Assembly: GCF_009914755.1 (NCBI RefSeq)
Contig: NC_060939.1
DNA length: 64,000 nt
Reading direction: 5' to 3' (one strand)
Source: the human T2T-CHM13v2.0 reference genome, Homo sapiens
Below the pieces are notes generated by a model. The model was not told the origin of the DNA, did no database searches, and saw only the letters and a program-made list of their open reading frames with translations. The position numbers were made by a program, and so were the translations under genes. This document shows, piece by piece, positions 14,514-28,313 of the stretch; position 1 is the first letter of the stretch, and each line of letters opens with the position of its first letter.

Positions 14514-14889
14514 TATATGGTCAGTTTTTGTAATGTTCTATCTGTACTTGCAAGGAATATACATTTTTTAAATTTATTGGCTGGGGGATATATGTATATG
14601 TGCATAATAGTTGACCAAGGTTATTATTTTGGTCATTCAGATAATCAATATCTTTTTCAATTTTTTATCATGTTTGATATGTCAGTTTTCTGATGGAGTT
14701 GTGTTAAATCTCCTGCTGTAATTGTGGGTTTATCAGTTTCACTATTTCAGTTTTGCTTTATATTTTTTGGAGGTTATACTAATAGTGGAAACAATATCAT
14801 TATTATAAAAATTTTGGTGGATTGCTCCTTTTATTATTACATTGAGTCTCTATTCCTATTAATGCTTTGCCTTAGGAAGGTATTTCTTA

Positions 14890-15134
14890 GGTCAGGCACA
14901 GTGGCTCATATCTGAAATCCCAGCACTTTAGGAGGTGGAGGCAGGAGGATCGCTTGAACCTTGGAGCTCAAGACCAGCCTGGGCAACATAGAGAAACCCC
15001 ATCTCTACAAAAATACAAAAATGAGCCAGGCATGATGCTGTGCACCTGTGGTCTCAGCTACTCCTGAGATCACACCACTGTACTCCAGCCTGGGCAACAA
15101 AGCGAGACCCTGTCTCAAAAAAACAAAAAACAAA
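14890..15134 (+). mobile_element. AluJ with an internal deletion in the right arm
   Basis: GGATCGCTTGAACC is a J-type feature; right arm jumps at cagctactc|ctgagatcac; A-rich tail. Confidence 0.85.
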
Positions 15135-15924
15135 GACAGGTAGCTCTTGTCTGATATTACTGCTGCAGGCTTTATTTTGATTAGCATTTTCCTAGTATGT
15201 ACATTTTGTCTTTTCAGTCTTTCTATGTGTTGTGTTTTAGTTGTGACTCTTAGAAGATGTATATAGCTAGATTGTTAAAATTCACTCTATTATTATTTAG
15301 TATGTTGAATTTAATCCAATTATATAGATAATCATTACTGATCTATTTAGACTTATTACTATCTGATTTTGTGGTTTCTGTTTGCCATTCCTTCTTCCTC
15401 CCTCTCCCTTTATTCTCCCTTGTTTTCTTTTGCATTGAAAAATACTGGTTTTCTAACAGTGTGCTGGTATGGATACTATGTTATAACATGCATAGTTCTA
15501 TATGGGTATCATAGTTTTGTGTTTTTAGGAGTTACCATTAGTTATATAACACAGATACCTGCTGTGCATTATTGTAATGATGTCTAAAGTTATACCCATT
15601 TCTCACCTCCTCCTGAACACACATGAATCTTAGTGTGCTTGAAATATCCACTCAACACCCTTCCCCATTTCTGTGTTATTATTGCTGAAGGTTTTAATTT
15701 TGCCCTTGTGTAAACTCAGACACATTGGTTTTTGCTTGTTTGTTTGCCTTTACTCAATGGTAAATTTACCACCATAGTTTCTCAATTTTTATTCTCACCG
15801 TTGTTTCCTATGGTCCATACTTTCCCTCTTGGTTCGGTTTTTATTTCCTTGATGTAATACTTTAGCATCACTGTTATTTGAGTCTGTGAAGTCTGAATAT
15901 GTCTTTATTTTCTTTCTCTCGCTC

Positions 15925-16100
15925 TTTTTTTTTTTTTTTTTTGAGACAGAGTCTCACTTTGTCACTCAGGCTGGAGTGCGGTGGTGTGATCTCAGCTCAT
16001 TGCAACCTCTGCCTCCCGAGTTCAAGTGATTCTTCCATTCTCCCACCTCAGTCTTCTGAGTGGCTGAGATTATAGGCACGTGCCACCACATCCAGCTGAT
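15925..16100 (-). mobile_element. Alu right arm, abutting the tail of the next Alu
   Basis: T tract followed by gagacagagtctcac...gtgccaccacatccagctga. Confidence 0.85.
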
Positions 16101-16391
<291 letters not shown>

Positions 16392-16440
16392 TTGCTCTTA
16401 AACAACAGTTTAGGGAGACAGAAAATTCTAGATTTTTATT

Positions 16441-16598
16441 GCGCCACCACACCCGGCTAATTTTTGTATTTTTAGTAGAGACAGGGTTTCACCATGTTGG
16501 CCAGGCTGGTTTTGAACACCTGACCTCAGGTGATCCACCCGCCTCAACCTCCCAAAGTGCTGGGATTACAGGCATGATCTGTAATCCCGTGCCTAGCC
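16441..16598 (-). mobile_element. AluS left arm plus linker; most of the right arm and the tail are missing
   Basis: gcgccaccacacccggctaatttttgtatt...gcctagcc. Confidence 0.85.
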
Positions 16599-18579
16599 GA
16601 TTTCTTCTTAACACTTTGATGCCATTCCTTCATTGTCCCTGGCATCTGCTGTTGCAGAAGAGAAATCTGCTGTCAATCTTATTGTTGCTTTGGATGTTTT
16701 TTCCCCTTCGATAGTTTTAGGATTGTTTATTTTTGAGGTTTTGCTGCGTCTGGGTGTGAATTAATATTCATCTTGCATGGTACTTGAGTGTGCTTCCAAA
16801 CTGTAGACTCCTATTTTCCTTCAATTACAGAAGATAAAAGAGCCATTTTACTTGTAAATATTGATTCTCCTATATTCTGTTGTTTTTTTCTGGAGTGCCT
16901 GTTGGATATATCTTGGAATCTGTCACTTATCCTTCATATCTATTAACTGATATTTCCTTAAAAAAACTCTTCATCTCTGTTTATTTTATGTTCTTTAAGT
17001 TCCTTAATATTTTCCAGCTTACCAGTTCTTTCCTGATTGCGCCCAGGCTGGAGTTTGTCCCATCTATTGGGTTTTTCATTTTTATGACTATATAATACTT
17101 TTTGTTTCTAATGTTTTATGTCTATCTTGAAAATTTCTTCCCTTTTGTATAATTGTTTGCTCTTCATTAATAGAAGTTATTCCTTTATCTATCATTTTAA
17201 TAATATCCTAAACACACATTAAAAAGTCTATATTGTTTCATAAAACCGTTTTCTCTAGAAGTGAATTCATGTTATGTTATGTGATTTTGTCGGCTCTCTT
17301 TCTTGGTGTTATATTTTATTCATGTGCCTTGGAATTTAGATCTAGGATGAATTTTAATTCCAACTTCTTGTGCTCACTTCTCTCTAGTGATTGTGGCTTC
17401 TTCCACCCAGCTTCCCAAGGCCCCAGTACAAAACCGTGGTTTCTGTTCTGTGGTGATATTGGGGCTATCTGGATCCAGTCACAGAGCTGGAGGGGGTGGG
17501 GATGTGACTTGACTGATTCTTTGTTCTTCAGTCTCCTTGGGCCTGCAGATTGCCACATGTGGTAGCATCAGACAGGGGTTTACATCTGAATTTTTTTTCC
17601 CAGCCTCATTTGCTTTTCCATCCCCAGCTGTAAGCAGAACTTGAACCCAGACTCTGGTCTCATGGAGCACTTTTAGATCCTTTTGTACTCAGCAGGAACC
17701 AGACTGCTGGCTGTCATAGCCTGTGTGCAGGCAAGAAGCCCAGCAGGCCCGAGGCTTCAACCTTGTTCATCATGTTGTGTTTCTGTTCATTTTCAGATTC
17801 ACAAAAATGTTTATTCTGTTTTTGAGCATTGCTTATCTTTCTGGTTTTCTTTTTTTGATATTTAATTTATCCTTGCTATGTATTCAAGGCATAAAGAGTG
17901 CATATTTTGATATTTAATCTATCCTTGATTTGTATTCAGAGCATAGGGAGTGCATCGGAGTTGAATTTGAATAGTCATCTTCACCAGAAATAGAAGCTTG
18001 AGTATTTATATTTAGCTTCCAGCACCTAGAGGAAATAACCTTGTAACCTTGGAAGGAGGCCAGGTGCCCTGTAGGAATCACGTCTATCTTTTTTATCTTT
18101 CTATCCCAAGTACCAGTCATGTCCCTGCACATAGTAGATGCTCAACAAACAATATTTGTTCATTGACTGACCTCTGAAATATAATTAAGTGGCCTAAACA
18201 GCTAATGCTATATGTGTATTTATACTTAATGTATCAAAACAGTAAACACCACTGGGAAATTCAGGAAAAGCAGAAACGAATGATCATGACTCTTAACCTG
18301 TGACTCCTGTTGAAAATGATCCCATATGTTGTCTTTTCAAACAAGATATATTCATGTCACTAGTTTCTGTTCTTGAAAGTAGAAACACTACTCCTTCTAT
18401 TAGACATTTTGGTTTCTGAAAATAGAACAAGTAAAACCTGAACAAGTGCGAACTCGTTCGGATTAAAGGGATTTCGGGTCCAACTCTCCAAGCCAAAGGG
18501 ATTTTCAAATGGTTATTTTAAAACGTGGATCTACATGTGGGCTTCTGTGGTTTCAATAGTCACAGGAAATGCAGGCCAC

Positions 18580-19063
18580 TGTATCAGTCAGCTTTTGCTA
18601 TATAACACACCATCCGAAAACACAGCGACTTAAGACAAAAAAAAAAGTTCATTTAGTTTATGATTCTGTGGGTCAGCAATTTGGGCTGGGAGCACTGGGT
18701 GGGTGGATGTGCTGGTGTGGTTGATCGCTGCTGGGCTCACTCACCTGTTGCCGGTCAGCTGCCAGGTGAGCTGAGGGCTTGATGGCCCGAGGTTGCTCAG
18801 GTGGGATGGCTGATCTCTGATCCACGTGGTCTTTCATTCTCCAACAAGGCAGCCCAGACTTGGTCAGGTGGAAGCAGTCACAGCGGACCTGACAGAGTGA
18901 GCAGAAGTATCTGTAGAGCCTCTTTGTGAGTACTGATTTGGAATTTATAGCTATACAGTGTGGTTTACACTCTTCTATTGGCCAAAGCAAGTCGAAGCGT
19001 GGAAAAATAGACTTCTTAATGAGAGGAGCTGCAAAGCCTGTGGCCACTTTTGTACTCTACCAT
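18580..19063 (-). mobile_element. Old MLT1 MaLR LTR (MLT1H-K-like)
   Basis: Begins tgtatcagtcagc; contains atgattctgtgggtcagcaatttgggctggg and ttctattggccaaagcaagtc; ends ctaccat. Confidence 0.7.
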
Positions 19064-19362
19064 GGCAACAAAACGTGGAGGTGCCACTCCCCTCCCCAGG
19101 AGAGATTGTGTAACTTTCCTTAGATCCTCAGGCTATTACCTCCAAAGTTGAGAACCAATATGTTGGATGATTTCACTACTGAACAACAACAATGAAAATG
19201 TTTAGGAGAGTTAACTGATGGACACATCTGTTAAAACACTGCTTGGTGTGTGGAAATGAAATTTTTCATTTTTTCTATTGGAAGTTATGCCTTGTATCAA
19301 GACATTAGGTTAATTCTCTCTGACTTCTGTACTCAGCCTGAAAAGTAAGGATTCTTGTTCAG

Positions 19363-19830
19363 TGTACCAGATAACTTCTATTATGTGGCAAACCACTCCA
19401 AAATTCAGTGGTTTAAAGCAATACCGTTTATTGGACTCCTGTTCCCATGCCTCAGCAGATGGGGCTGATCTCAGCTGGGGTCTCTCACGTTACTGCAGTC
19501 ACCTGCAGGTCAGCTGGGTGGCTCTGATTCTGGGGATGGACTGGTTGTACCTTGGTGGGTGTCTGGGCCACTTGTTTCTCTCCATTCAGTTAATTTGCCT
19601 GGGCTTGCTTGTTCACAGGGTAGCAACAGTGTTTCTAGAGAGTGAGTAGAAGCACACAAGATCTCTTCCTGCCTAGCTAGGCTTGTTTCTGTGGGGTCAA
19701 AACAAGTCACAAGCCCAGCCCAGATTCACTAGGTGGGAAGATAGACTCCAACTCTAGCTCGGAGGAACTGTAAAGACGCAGGACAGGGAGGATGGAGAAC
19801 CCTGGCCATTTTGTAGTCTTCTGTATCTGT
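19363..19830 (-). mobile_element. Old MLT1 MaLR LTR
   Basis: aaaccactccaaaattcagtggtttaaagcaa and aagtcacaagcccagcccagattca...atagactcca motifs. Confidence 0.7.
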
Positions 19831-20359
19831 TGTCTTCAAGAAATTCCTTCTCACACTTCGAATTTAAGTAAAATACTATCTCCACTTATATTTTTCCTAT
19901 TAAATAGTAATACCGCATGTGTAATAGTAGTAGTAACTACACTTGTATTTAAAACAACCTGCCATCTTTTCACCTTTAATTGATGGCACCTCCCTTACTG
20001 TGGATTTGCATATTCATATTACTATTTTAAGGGCGTAGATTATGTTAATGTGTTTTGCTAAAGAAAATGATTGAACTTATTTTCTTCTTCCAATTTGTCT
20101 TCCTCGTTCTTTAATCCAACCCTACTGGTGCCAGACTTGCTTTTCTAAAGGGTTTCTCTGTGTTTGATGAAGACTCTTTAGGGATCTCTCACTCGTACTC
20201 TTTAGCTTGGCATTTGAGAATCCCTGTGCTCTGGGCGTTGCGTAACTTTCAGATTTTATTTTCCTCCATTCTTCCTTGTGCACTAGTTTTCACAGTTAAA
20301 CACAATTTATTGCTGTTTTTTTTTCTTAGCACATTGGCCATACACAAATTGTCCTCAGC

Positions 20360-20555
20360 TCTTGGGCAACATTTTTGGTTGTTACAACCGTGTGTGTGTG
20401 TGTGTGTATGTGTGTGTGTGTCCATGCTTGTAGTACTGGCCTTTAGCAAGCAGAGACCAGGGTTGCTGTTAAACATCTTGCAGTGCACAGGACAGCCCCC
20501 ACAACAGATAATTATCTGCTACAAATATCAATAAAGCCGAGGCTGAGAAAACCTG
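20360..20555. mobile_element. MER20-like hAT element containing a (TG)n tract at 20390-20420
   Basis: atttttggttgttacaac...aaacatcttgcagtgcacaggacagcccccacaaca...ggctgagaaaacctg. Confidence 0.75.
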
Positions 20556-21155
20556 TCCTATCCATTCCTGCCCCTGGCTCTTTTTTCCATGCCTCATCCC
20601 AGAAGGCCTTTCCTTCAGTGCCGCCCGATGAAATGTTCTCTATCCTTAAAATGCCAGCTCAAATGCCACATCTTCTAGGAAACACATCCCGCATGAACCT
20701 ACTCCCAGTGCCGTGGGCTCTCAAAGTCCATTCTGTGCATCACTGAAGTGACTACCACTTAGTTCATTTACAGTAATTTGTCTCTAGTACTATTATTTTT
20801 TAATGGTTCTTATTGTTCTTTTCTTGTTTTTTAATTGAATGTTTGTGTGTTGACTCTTTGGGTGAACTGTGTGTTCCTTGATGACAAGTATCTCTCTTGT
20901 CTATGTCCTACAGCACTTACCATGTGTTTTACACATAGTAGGTGCATAATAAATATCTGTTGACTGCATGAGAAATGTATGTCTTCCTGTGCCTTTAGAT
21001 ATGGTTACCCCTTCCGACAATTTTCTTAAAGGAGTTAGTTCAAAAAATCCAACAAGTTGAATCCAAGTTTTTTTGTTTCTGTTTTTAATAATTTAGGTAA
21101 AAAACTGTGACAAGAAATCATTGTACAATGCAATTATTTATGTTTATTTCTGCAG

Positions 21156-21224
21156 CTATTTAGTGAAAAAATAAGTGGTGCTGAAGGAACTAAACTAGAC
21201 GATGAATTTCTTGACATGGAAAGG
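21156..21224 (+). CDS. SH3GL3: SH3GL3 exon 2 (69 nt): LFSEKISGAEGTKLDDEFLDMER
   Basis: Boundaries ttatttctgcag|CTATTT and GAAAGG|gtaaga; 23 codons, phase 0/0; conserved endophilin GAEGTKLDD motif. Confidence 0.96.
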
Positions 21225-22539
21225 GTAAGAGCATTTTAATATGTAAATTGATTAGAAACTGACTTTCATTGTGATATGAGATATACTGCTATTGTAAAGG
21301 ATATTCGAGTGGAAATCTAGGATGTTTAAATATAGGTGTGGATTATGCAATCTACAAGGCAGTACTTTCCCACGTCCCAGCCCAAATCAGATCCTCCCCC
21401 TGTAGCCACATGCAGTTTGGGCAGGTCGAGTAATGAGATCGATGTGGCTAACTGGTACCCTCTAGTGGCCAGAAGTCAGAATGTGCAAAAGATGGGCAAT
21501 CTTGGCAGTTACTGCAAGGCCAAAGTAATTGGTAGTTTATGTTTTGGAGAATCAAAATGTATTTCTGGGACAAGATTTTTTGAAATGCAGAATGATTTAT
21601 TTACCGTGTGGAAGACTTGGGCTCTGCTCCCATGTGTTGCAGGAGCTGCATAGCAAGTAACTTTTATCCTGGTTCTGCCTGTAGAACCAGAGTGTGAACT
21701 TGGATAAGTGAATTCATCTTTTTGAACTGATACAGAGATGACAAGTGTGCCCTGCTTGTCTCACATGGATTTTGTGAGAATTATGCAAACATTAACGTAT
21801 TTGAAATAACTTACAAAAAATATGACGGGCTTGAGACAGAAATGATTGTAACATGCTCCAAAGAAAAATGGTATCATCTCTGTCCCTTAACATGTTTCCC
21901 AGTCAGCTGTGTGGAGTTGCTCAGGTGGAGGCAGAACTAGAACCACCAGTATTAACAACATACTGTTTCTTTGCTCATTGTCTGGGCCCTTTAAACATAG
22001 CCTTGTTTTAATAATTAGACCCCCCACCCCAGAGGAGAGAGGGAGGAAATGAAGCAAGGCATCCACCCTCAGGTGTAACATCAAGGCTGCAGATACAGTA
22101 GGTAGCAGAGATGTCAGCAGGTGCTGGGGAAGGAAGTCCAGCCCCAGGCTGCGCACTGCCTGGGAGAGTATCTCCTCAGGATACCTTGGCTCTGGCCAGC
22201 TCATCTTCCAGGGAGTTCTCTGTTTTCTGGATGAGAACTATTAAATGTCTAGAAATGTTAATGCCTTGAGGGAGAAAAGCTTATTTTGTTTTTGCTTTTG
22301 AAAGAAAACTTAATTTCTGAACCTTAAAACCATGGAAACATGTTCACACCATTGACATACCTTAAATTACTTAAAAAAAACTCTTAATATACAAATAGGT
22401 GATGTATAGCTTTGTTACTAACAAAATGATTCAGTTGAAATGTTAAATTTAAAAGCATTTTTCCAGAGTTTTAGTTTTGGTTGATGGATTGAGATCCTTC
22501 TTGCTTACCTCCTTTTACCTCCAAAAACCCCAGTGAGTT

Positions 22540-23680
22540 ACAGAAGAAATATAAAGTCTATTATCTGTTTTATTACAGCAGTGAAAAGCATGGAAACATA
22601 TAATACATGACCAGAAGTTTTAAAACTTTCCAGAAGAGATGCATTAGATGGTATTAGACCCACCTAATAAATGATACAGAAATGAGAAAGTAATGGGAAA
22701 AAATATTCTATAATTAATGCTAACCATATAAAAATAGAGGAACAATAGTAAAATCAAAATAAAATTTGATGCAAGAGAAGCACTAAATTAAAAAAGCTTT
22801 TTAATTATAAAAAGATACAGTCAATGTAGTCTATCAGGAAATTATAATAGTTATGAACCATTCTGCACTACATAACATAGCATCTGAATTTTTAAGGTAG
22901 AAACTGTCAGAAATACATAGACAGTTGATAAAAATAGAAATAGACTTCACATACCTCTCTCATAAAATAATAGATTAAACTGACAATAATCAATAGGCTC
23001 ATGGAGGATTTGCATAAAATATGATTAATAACTTTGATTATAAATAAATATAGATATCTGCATTCCCCAAATGGAGAATGTGCATATTTTTCAAATTCCT
23101 TTGGAACAAATATGGTTATCAATTATGTACTAGGTTATAGAAAAAAAAACTCGATAAATTTCCCAAAGTGATTCCATAGAACATAAGAATTATAAGGGAA
23201 AGTAGAGCTTCTAAATTCTGGATGTTTGGAAATTTAAAAATATGTAAAAATAATTCTTAGTTTAAAGAGGAAATGGAAAGTAAAATGACATTATTTAGGC
23301 ATGAGTGACAATTCTGTATGTCAAAACCTGTGATATGTGGCTAAACTGTAAATGTATTTAAAGAAAATAAATGTTGGGAGAAAATGAATAAATCATGCAA
23401 TCCAAGAAGCTAGGAAAATAACAGCAAATTAAATCACTCTAGGTAGAAGGTAGAAATCAATATGGATAAAAAAAGAGATTAATAAAATAGAAAACAATAA
23501 CCACAAAAGATCGAAACAATGAAGCCAAGAGCTTTAGAAAAGCTGTAAGACAACAAACCTCTACCAAGTGAGGCCAAGAGGGAGAAAAAGGAAAAACACA
23601 AACAAATTACATAAAGAAGAAGAAAGAGGATATGCCCACTGATAGCATTTTTTAAAGAGAATGCTGTAAATAAGTGTCAG
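22540..23680 (+). mobile_element. Old L1ME-type ORF2 (endonuclease region) fragment, sense orientation
   Basis: A-rich degenerate L1 ORF2 motifs (ttggaaatttaaaaa, tcaaaacctgtgatatgtggctaaa, ccaagaagctaggaaaa). Confidence 0.6.
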
Positions 23681-23920
23681 AAATGAGAGCTGCTAGCAGC
23701 TCTCTCACTCAGGGACTGGGCCTAAGGGAGTCAGTGGCACAGGCCTTGGGACACCTCATGGGCAGGGTGCCAGCATTAAACAGAAATTCCAGACTTAACT
23801 AACCAAGATGCTGTCATACCAGGTTGACTTCACAAAAAATAATTTTTATCATTCTGCTTCCCTCTATTTTTCTTAATGGTTTGGCAGGATATTTGCATAG
23901 CATTTGGTTGACTTGAACAG

Positions 23921-23932
23921 ACACACACACAC

Positions 23933-23983
<51 letters not shown>
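23921..23983. repeat. (CA)n microsatellite, ~31 units with one interruption
   Basis: Read directly. Confidence 0.95.
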
Positions 23984-23985
<2 letters not shown>

Positions 23986-25494
23986 TAGTGTCCCTAGTTA
24001 TTCTAGGAGGGAGATTTTGTTTTTAAGCTACATGAGTTTTTGTTGTTGTTTTTTTGTTTTGTTTTGAATGCTCATTTGACTCCACATTAGCCAATATGTT
24101 TACTCTTCAATTTGTAAAGGGTTTATTTCTAGTTTTGATGCTTGGGCTGGTGTGGAGGCAGCTCCAGTATGTGCATGTCAGGGCCTACAAGGTACCTGCA
24201 AGTTTTTGGTCATTTGTTTCTTGGGCTTTTTTGTTTCAAAAGATATAAAAAAGATCTGAAGTAGAAAATATCCCCATTCTAATTCCTCTCATCATCATCT
24301 TTCAGAGATGACTCTTAGCTTTGTGGTGGCTTTTCATGTCCAAAAAGGGTTGTATATATCAAAGGGAGCACTCTAAGTTATATTTTAATTAATATCTAAT
24401 TTGTTACATTATAAATCTAAAATCCTCATTTTTCTTAAGCTTTAAACTGAACTTATGAATCTTGTTTCCAAATTTAGTAATTTTGCTATATGATGAAAAT
24501 CATTATAGTTAATTTTCATTTGAGGTTGCATTAATTAACACATAAGCTTAACAGATTCAATCCTTAAATATTTACCACCAGTTATATAATTAAGCAAATT
24601 CCCTTAGACATTTCAAGCTATAATCACAAAGGCAAGGTACAGGACTCCCTCAAACTTTACATAAAATCTATTAACAGCATTTTCCTAAGCCCTTACATTT
24701 CTTGTGACTAATAAGACATATTTAGTTAATCAGATTCTCTTAAACATTTCAACGATCTTGGCAAATAGCTGAACATACCAAAGAGAGCTCAAAGTCACAA
24801 AACTTGTTACTAGGCCAAACGCACACTCACATGCCCACTTGCACACACAGCACACAAGTATCAGTAATATAGGTTTGACTCCTTTTTTATCATTTCTGTA
24901 CTGTCTTTTAAAACTTTCCTGGGGCTCCAGATTAATTTATTTAGCCCAAATTAATGTATTTACCTAAGGGGAACAAATACGATTTCAGGCTGGATAAGAT
25001 TGCTTGGTTGCAAACTTGTGACCCTGGCAGGATCATAGTTTTCTAAATTACAAAAATGATTTGTCTTCTATTATAAATCATTCTGCAGCTTGCTTGCTTT
25101 CTATGTATGTACTTTGAATGTCGATCTTCCTTATTTTTTTTCCTTATGATTAAAGAGTATTCCTTTACTTGGATGTTTCATAATTTATCCATCAGTCTCC
25201 TGTTGATTTCCATTTTCAATATTACATAAAATGGCCTAACAAACATGTTTTTCCTTCACTGCAATTTGCTCGTGTGTTTCTAAAAGGACAAATCCTTAGA
25301 AGTATAATAGCTGGTTTATTAATATGCCCATTAATAAGCACTTCTCCCTTGATCTCCAAAAACGTATCATTTTGCATTCCTGTTGTGTGTTACTCCACAC
25401 CCATATAATACCTGATATTGAGTATAACTGATTTTAAAAATGTTTTTATCAATCTGGAGAATGTAAAGCATCTCCTTTTTATTTACAGTTCTGA

Positions 25495-25837
<343 letters not shown>

Positions 25838-27033
25838 TTTTCCTTCTTTCTTGTTTGTTTAAATGGGAGTTTAGAATATTATGCCACTTTTGTCAAACTT
25901 CACATACTCTATGTCTTTTCATGTTCAGTTTTTAAGTTTTTACGGAGTCAGAATTTTGGTCTTTTTATTTATGACATTTGAATTTCAGGTCCTGGTTAGA
26001 AGTTTCTTCCCACTCCAGTATTTCAAAATACTGTTGTCTGTATGTTAGTCGTTTTATAGTCTGATTTTTTTAGGTTGATATTTTTAATCATGTATATAGT
26101 ATGAAGACTCACTTTACTATCAGCTTGCCAAATTTTAACAAAAAAAAGAAAAAATTGAAATTATGATGGGATTTGAATGAATTTTGCATGTTAATTTGGG
26201 AAGAATGCATATCTTTACAAAATTGAGTTTTCCCATCTAAGAATGTGGTTTTTCAAATAGGTGTTGTGAATTTCTCATAATAGTTATTCTTCATTATTGC
26301 ATTTTTATTGCTTTTATGAATGAGATCTTTTTCTTTTGGGCTACTGATGGTATAAATAAAGCTATTGCAACTTGCATTTTAACTTTATTGTTTATTCCCA
26401 TATTAACTCTCTGGTTAACTAACAACCAGAAAGTCCAGGAATGGTTTTGCAGAAGGAAAGATTCAGTCTTAACCAGAAAGGGTTAACTTTCAGGGAACGT
26501 TTGGGGAAAACTTTGATGTTAACATCTTCTGACCATAGCACAAATGAATGTGTTTATTGTATTATAATATAATACTAATGATTATGATTCTTTTAGTGTT
26601 GATTACTGAGGCAGTTGCTAATATGAATCATTACTGTGGCATCCTTATATAAGTATAGAAATTCAAGTTCACCTAGCAGATAAGGAGAGTTTGGTTCATA
26701 TCTAGTGTTAGTTTTGAGAGACTTCCAAGTATATCTAATAATCTAGTGGAGCATAATAACTTTTCCAGATTTTCTAAATATTACCTTAATATTCATTTTA
26801 ATGTTTAAAGGGAAAGTAAAGTTCTCCAACATCACTTGAAGGAAATGATGTTCCAAAAATCAGAAAGTGAGAAAATATCACCTCTCCCAAAAATGTTGAA
26901 AACGTTCATTTGGATTAAAATCATCATAATCGTGTTAGAAGAATTAAATTAATGAAAATTCCTCCTCTATTTGCTCTTTTGTGATTTTATTGAGTTTGTC
27001 ATTTACTAACTTTTTTTAAATTTTGCTTTTAAG

Positions 27034-27106
27034 AAAATAGATGTTACCAATAAAGTTGTTGCAGAAATTCTTTCAAAAACCACTGAATATCTTCAGCCAA
27101 ATCCAG
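27034..27106 (+). CDS. SH3GL3: SH3GL3 exon 3 (73 nt): KIDVTNKVVAEILSKTTEYLQPNP
   Basis: Boundaries ttttgcttttaag|AAAATA and AATCCAG|gtaaag; TACTAAC at 27004-27010; contains the endophilin YLQPNP motif. Confidence 0.96.
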
Positions 27107-27661
27107 GTAAAGTTGAAATATTCTCTTGTTCATTTGCTGTCACAGACTCTAATAACCCATGTTTACTTGGTGTTTAGTTGACATAATGTAGAAACAATGT
27201 CGTCTGTGTCCCAATAATGAAATTCAGTTTTTAAAGCTGAGTCTCCAGTGACCAAAGGTAGTTGCATTCGGTCCTACTGATGAGAAAGAGAACAGCTATT
27301 TTTGTGAATTTCAGTTGACATCATCCGAATGGAGTGCTGGTCATAGCAACAAGAGAGCACTGAGCAAAGGTTTTATGAGTTGCTTCAGAAAGCCACTAAA
27401 CATTTGGCAAATATTTTCTTCCTTATTTCCTCTTTATAATTTTTTTAAAAATTCTGCCCTTGTGTACTATATACATAAAGGTATATGTTAATTTGAAAAA
27501 GCTTTCTCTTTGTGGCTTAAATGCTGGAGAAACAAGATGTGGTGAATACGAAAGGCTGCTTAAATCCAGTGTCACATCAGCTTCTCCACTGAAGGTCTGG
27601 GTTTCTAGGTCCCCAAGCAGCATCTATTGATGAGATTTTCCCAGGTTGTAAATTATAGGAA

Positions 27662-27675
27662 CCAATAGAGGGCGC
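27662..27675 (+). promoter_or_regulatory. Candidate CTCF core motif CCAATAGAGGGCGC (intron 3)
   Basis: Close match to CC(A/G)(C/G)(C/T)AG(A/G)(G/T)GGCGC with one deviation; CpG retained; lies in non-repeat sequence. Confidence 0.55.
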
Positions 27676-28246
27676 CCAAGCTTTGAGTTCTGTGGATTTC
27701 TAAAGCCACCTTTCCTTTTTAGGAATTTATTATCTGCGTAGAGTTCCTGTGATTCCCTTGACTGTAGGAATCAGCACAAACCTAACCATTTGAAAATTGA
27801 GAAAGTAAAAATTTAAGAATATAAATTTTATCAGGTGTATCCAGGCAGGTCTAAAGTTCTTTACAATTGTATTGATGATAATAGCTTTGAAAACCATAAA
27901 AATATATCTTCTCCTCCCTGGCCACATCAGTGATTGAAATCAGCCACACAAATTTCTTTTCCTGATATATCAGTCAACAAATATTTAATATGTGCTTTCT
28001 CTGCACTAGAGGATTTCGGGGTGCTGGAGTACACTATGAAATCAGACAGATACTTCACCCTCAACCAGCTGACTCTTGAATGGGATAAGGAAGTGTTGGC
28101 CAACAATAAAAGTGTCACCACTGGCTAGAGGTCTCTGGTTATTCCTAGAGAAGAGGCAGCCCTAGCAACCTCTTATCCAGTTTAATGGCTCTCACCCACA
28201 TACCTGCTGCATCCCACATCCCCCTCCAACAGTGGGAAAGATGGGC

Positions 28247-28268
28247 AGAGAGAGAGAGAGAGAGAGAG

Positions 28269-28311
<43 letters not shown>
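28247..28311. repeat. Compound microsatellite (AG)13(TG)19
   Basis: Read directly. Confidence 0.95.

Positions 28312-28313
<2 letters not shown>

Noticed and set aside
18449-18478. Small CpG cluster with a CGAAC-TC-GTTCG inverted repeat
   Set aside because: Too short to separate from chance; not a CpG island.
21175-21186. GTGGTGCTGAA resembling a REST/NRSE half-site
   Set aside because: The other half-site is missing and the sequence is dictated by the SGAE codons.
24360-25060. Possible ERV internal fragment
   Set aside because: Only a vague resemblance; I could not anchor it to any consensus.
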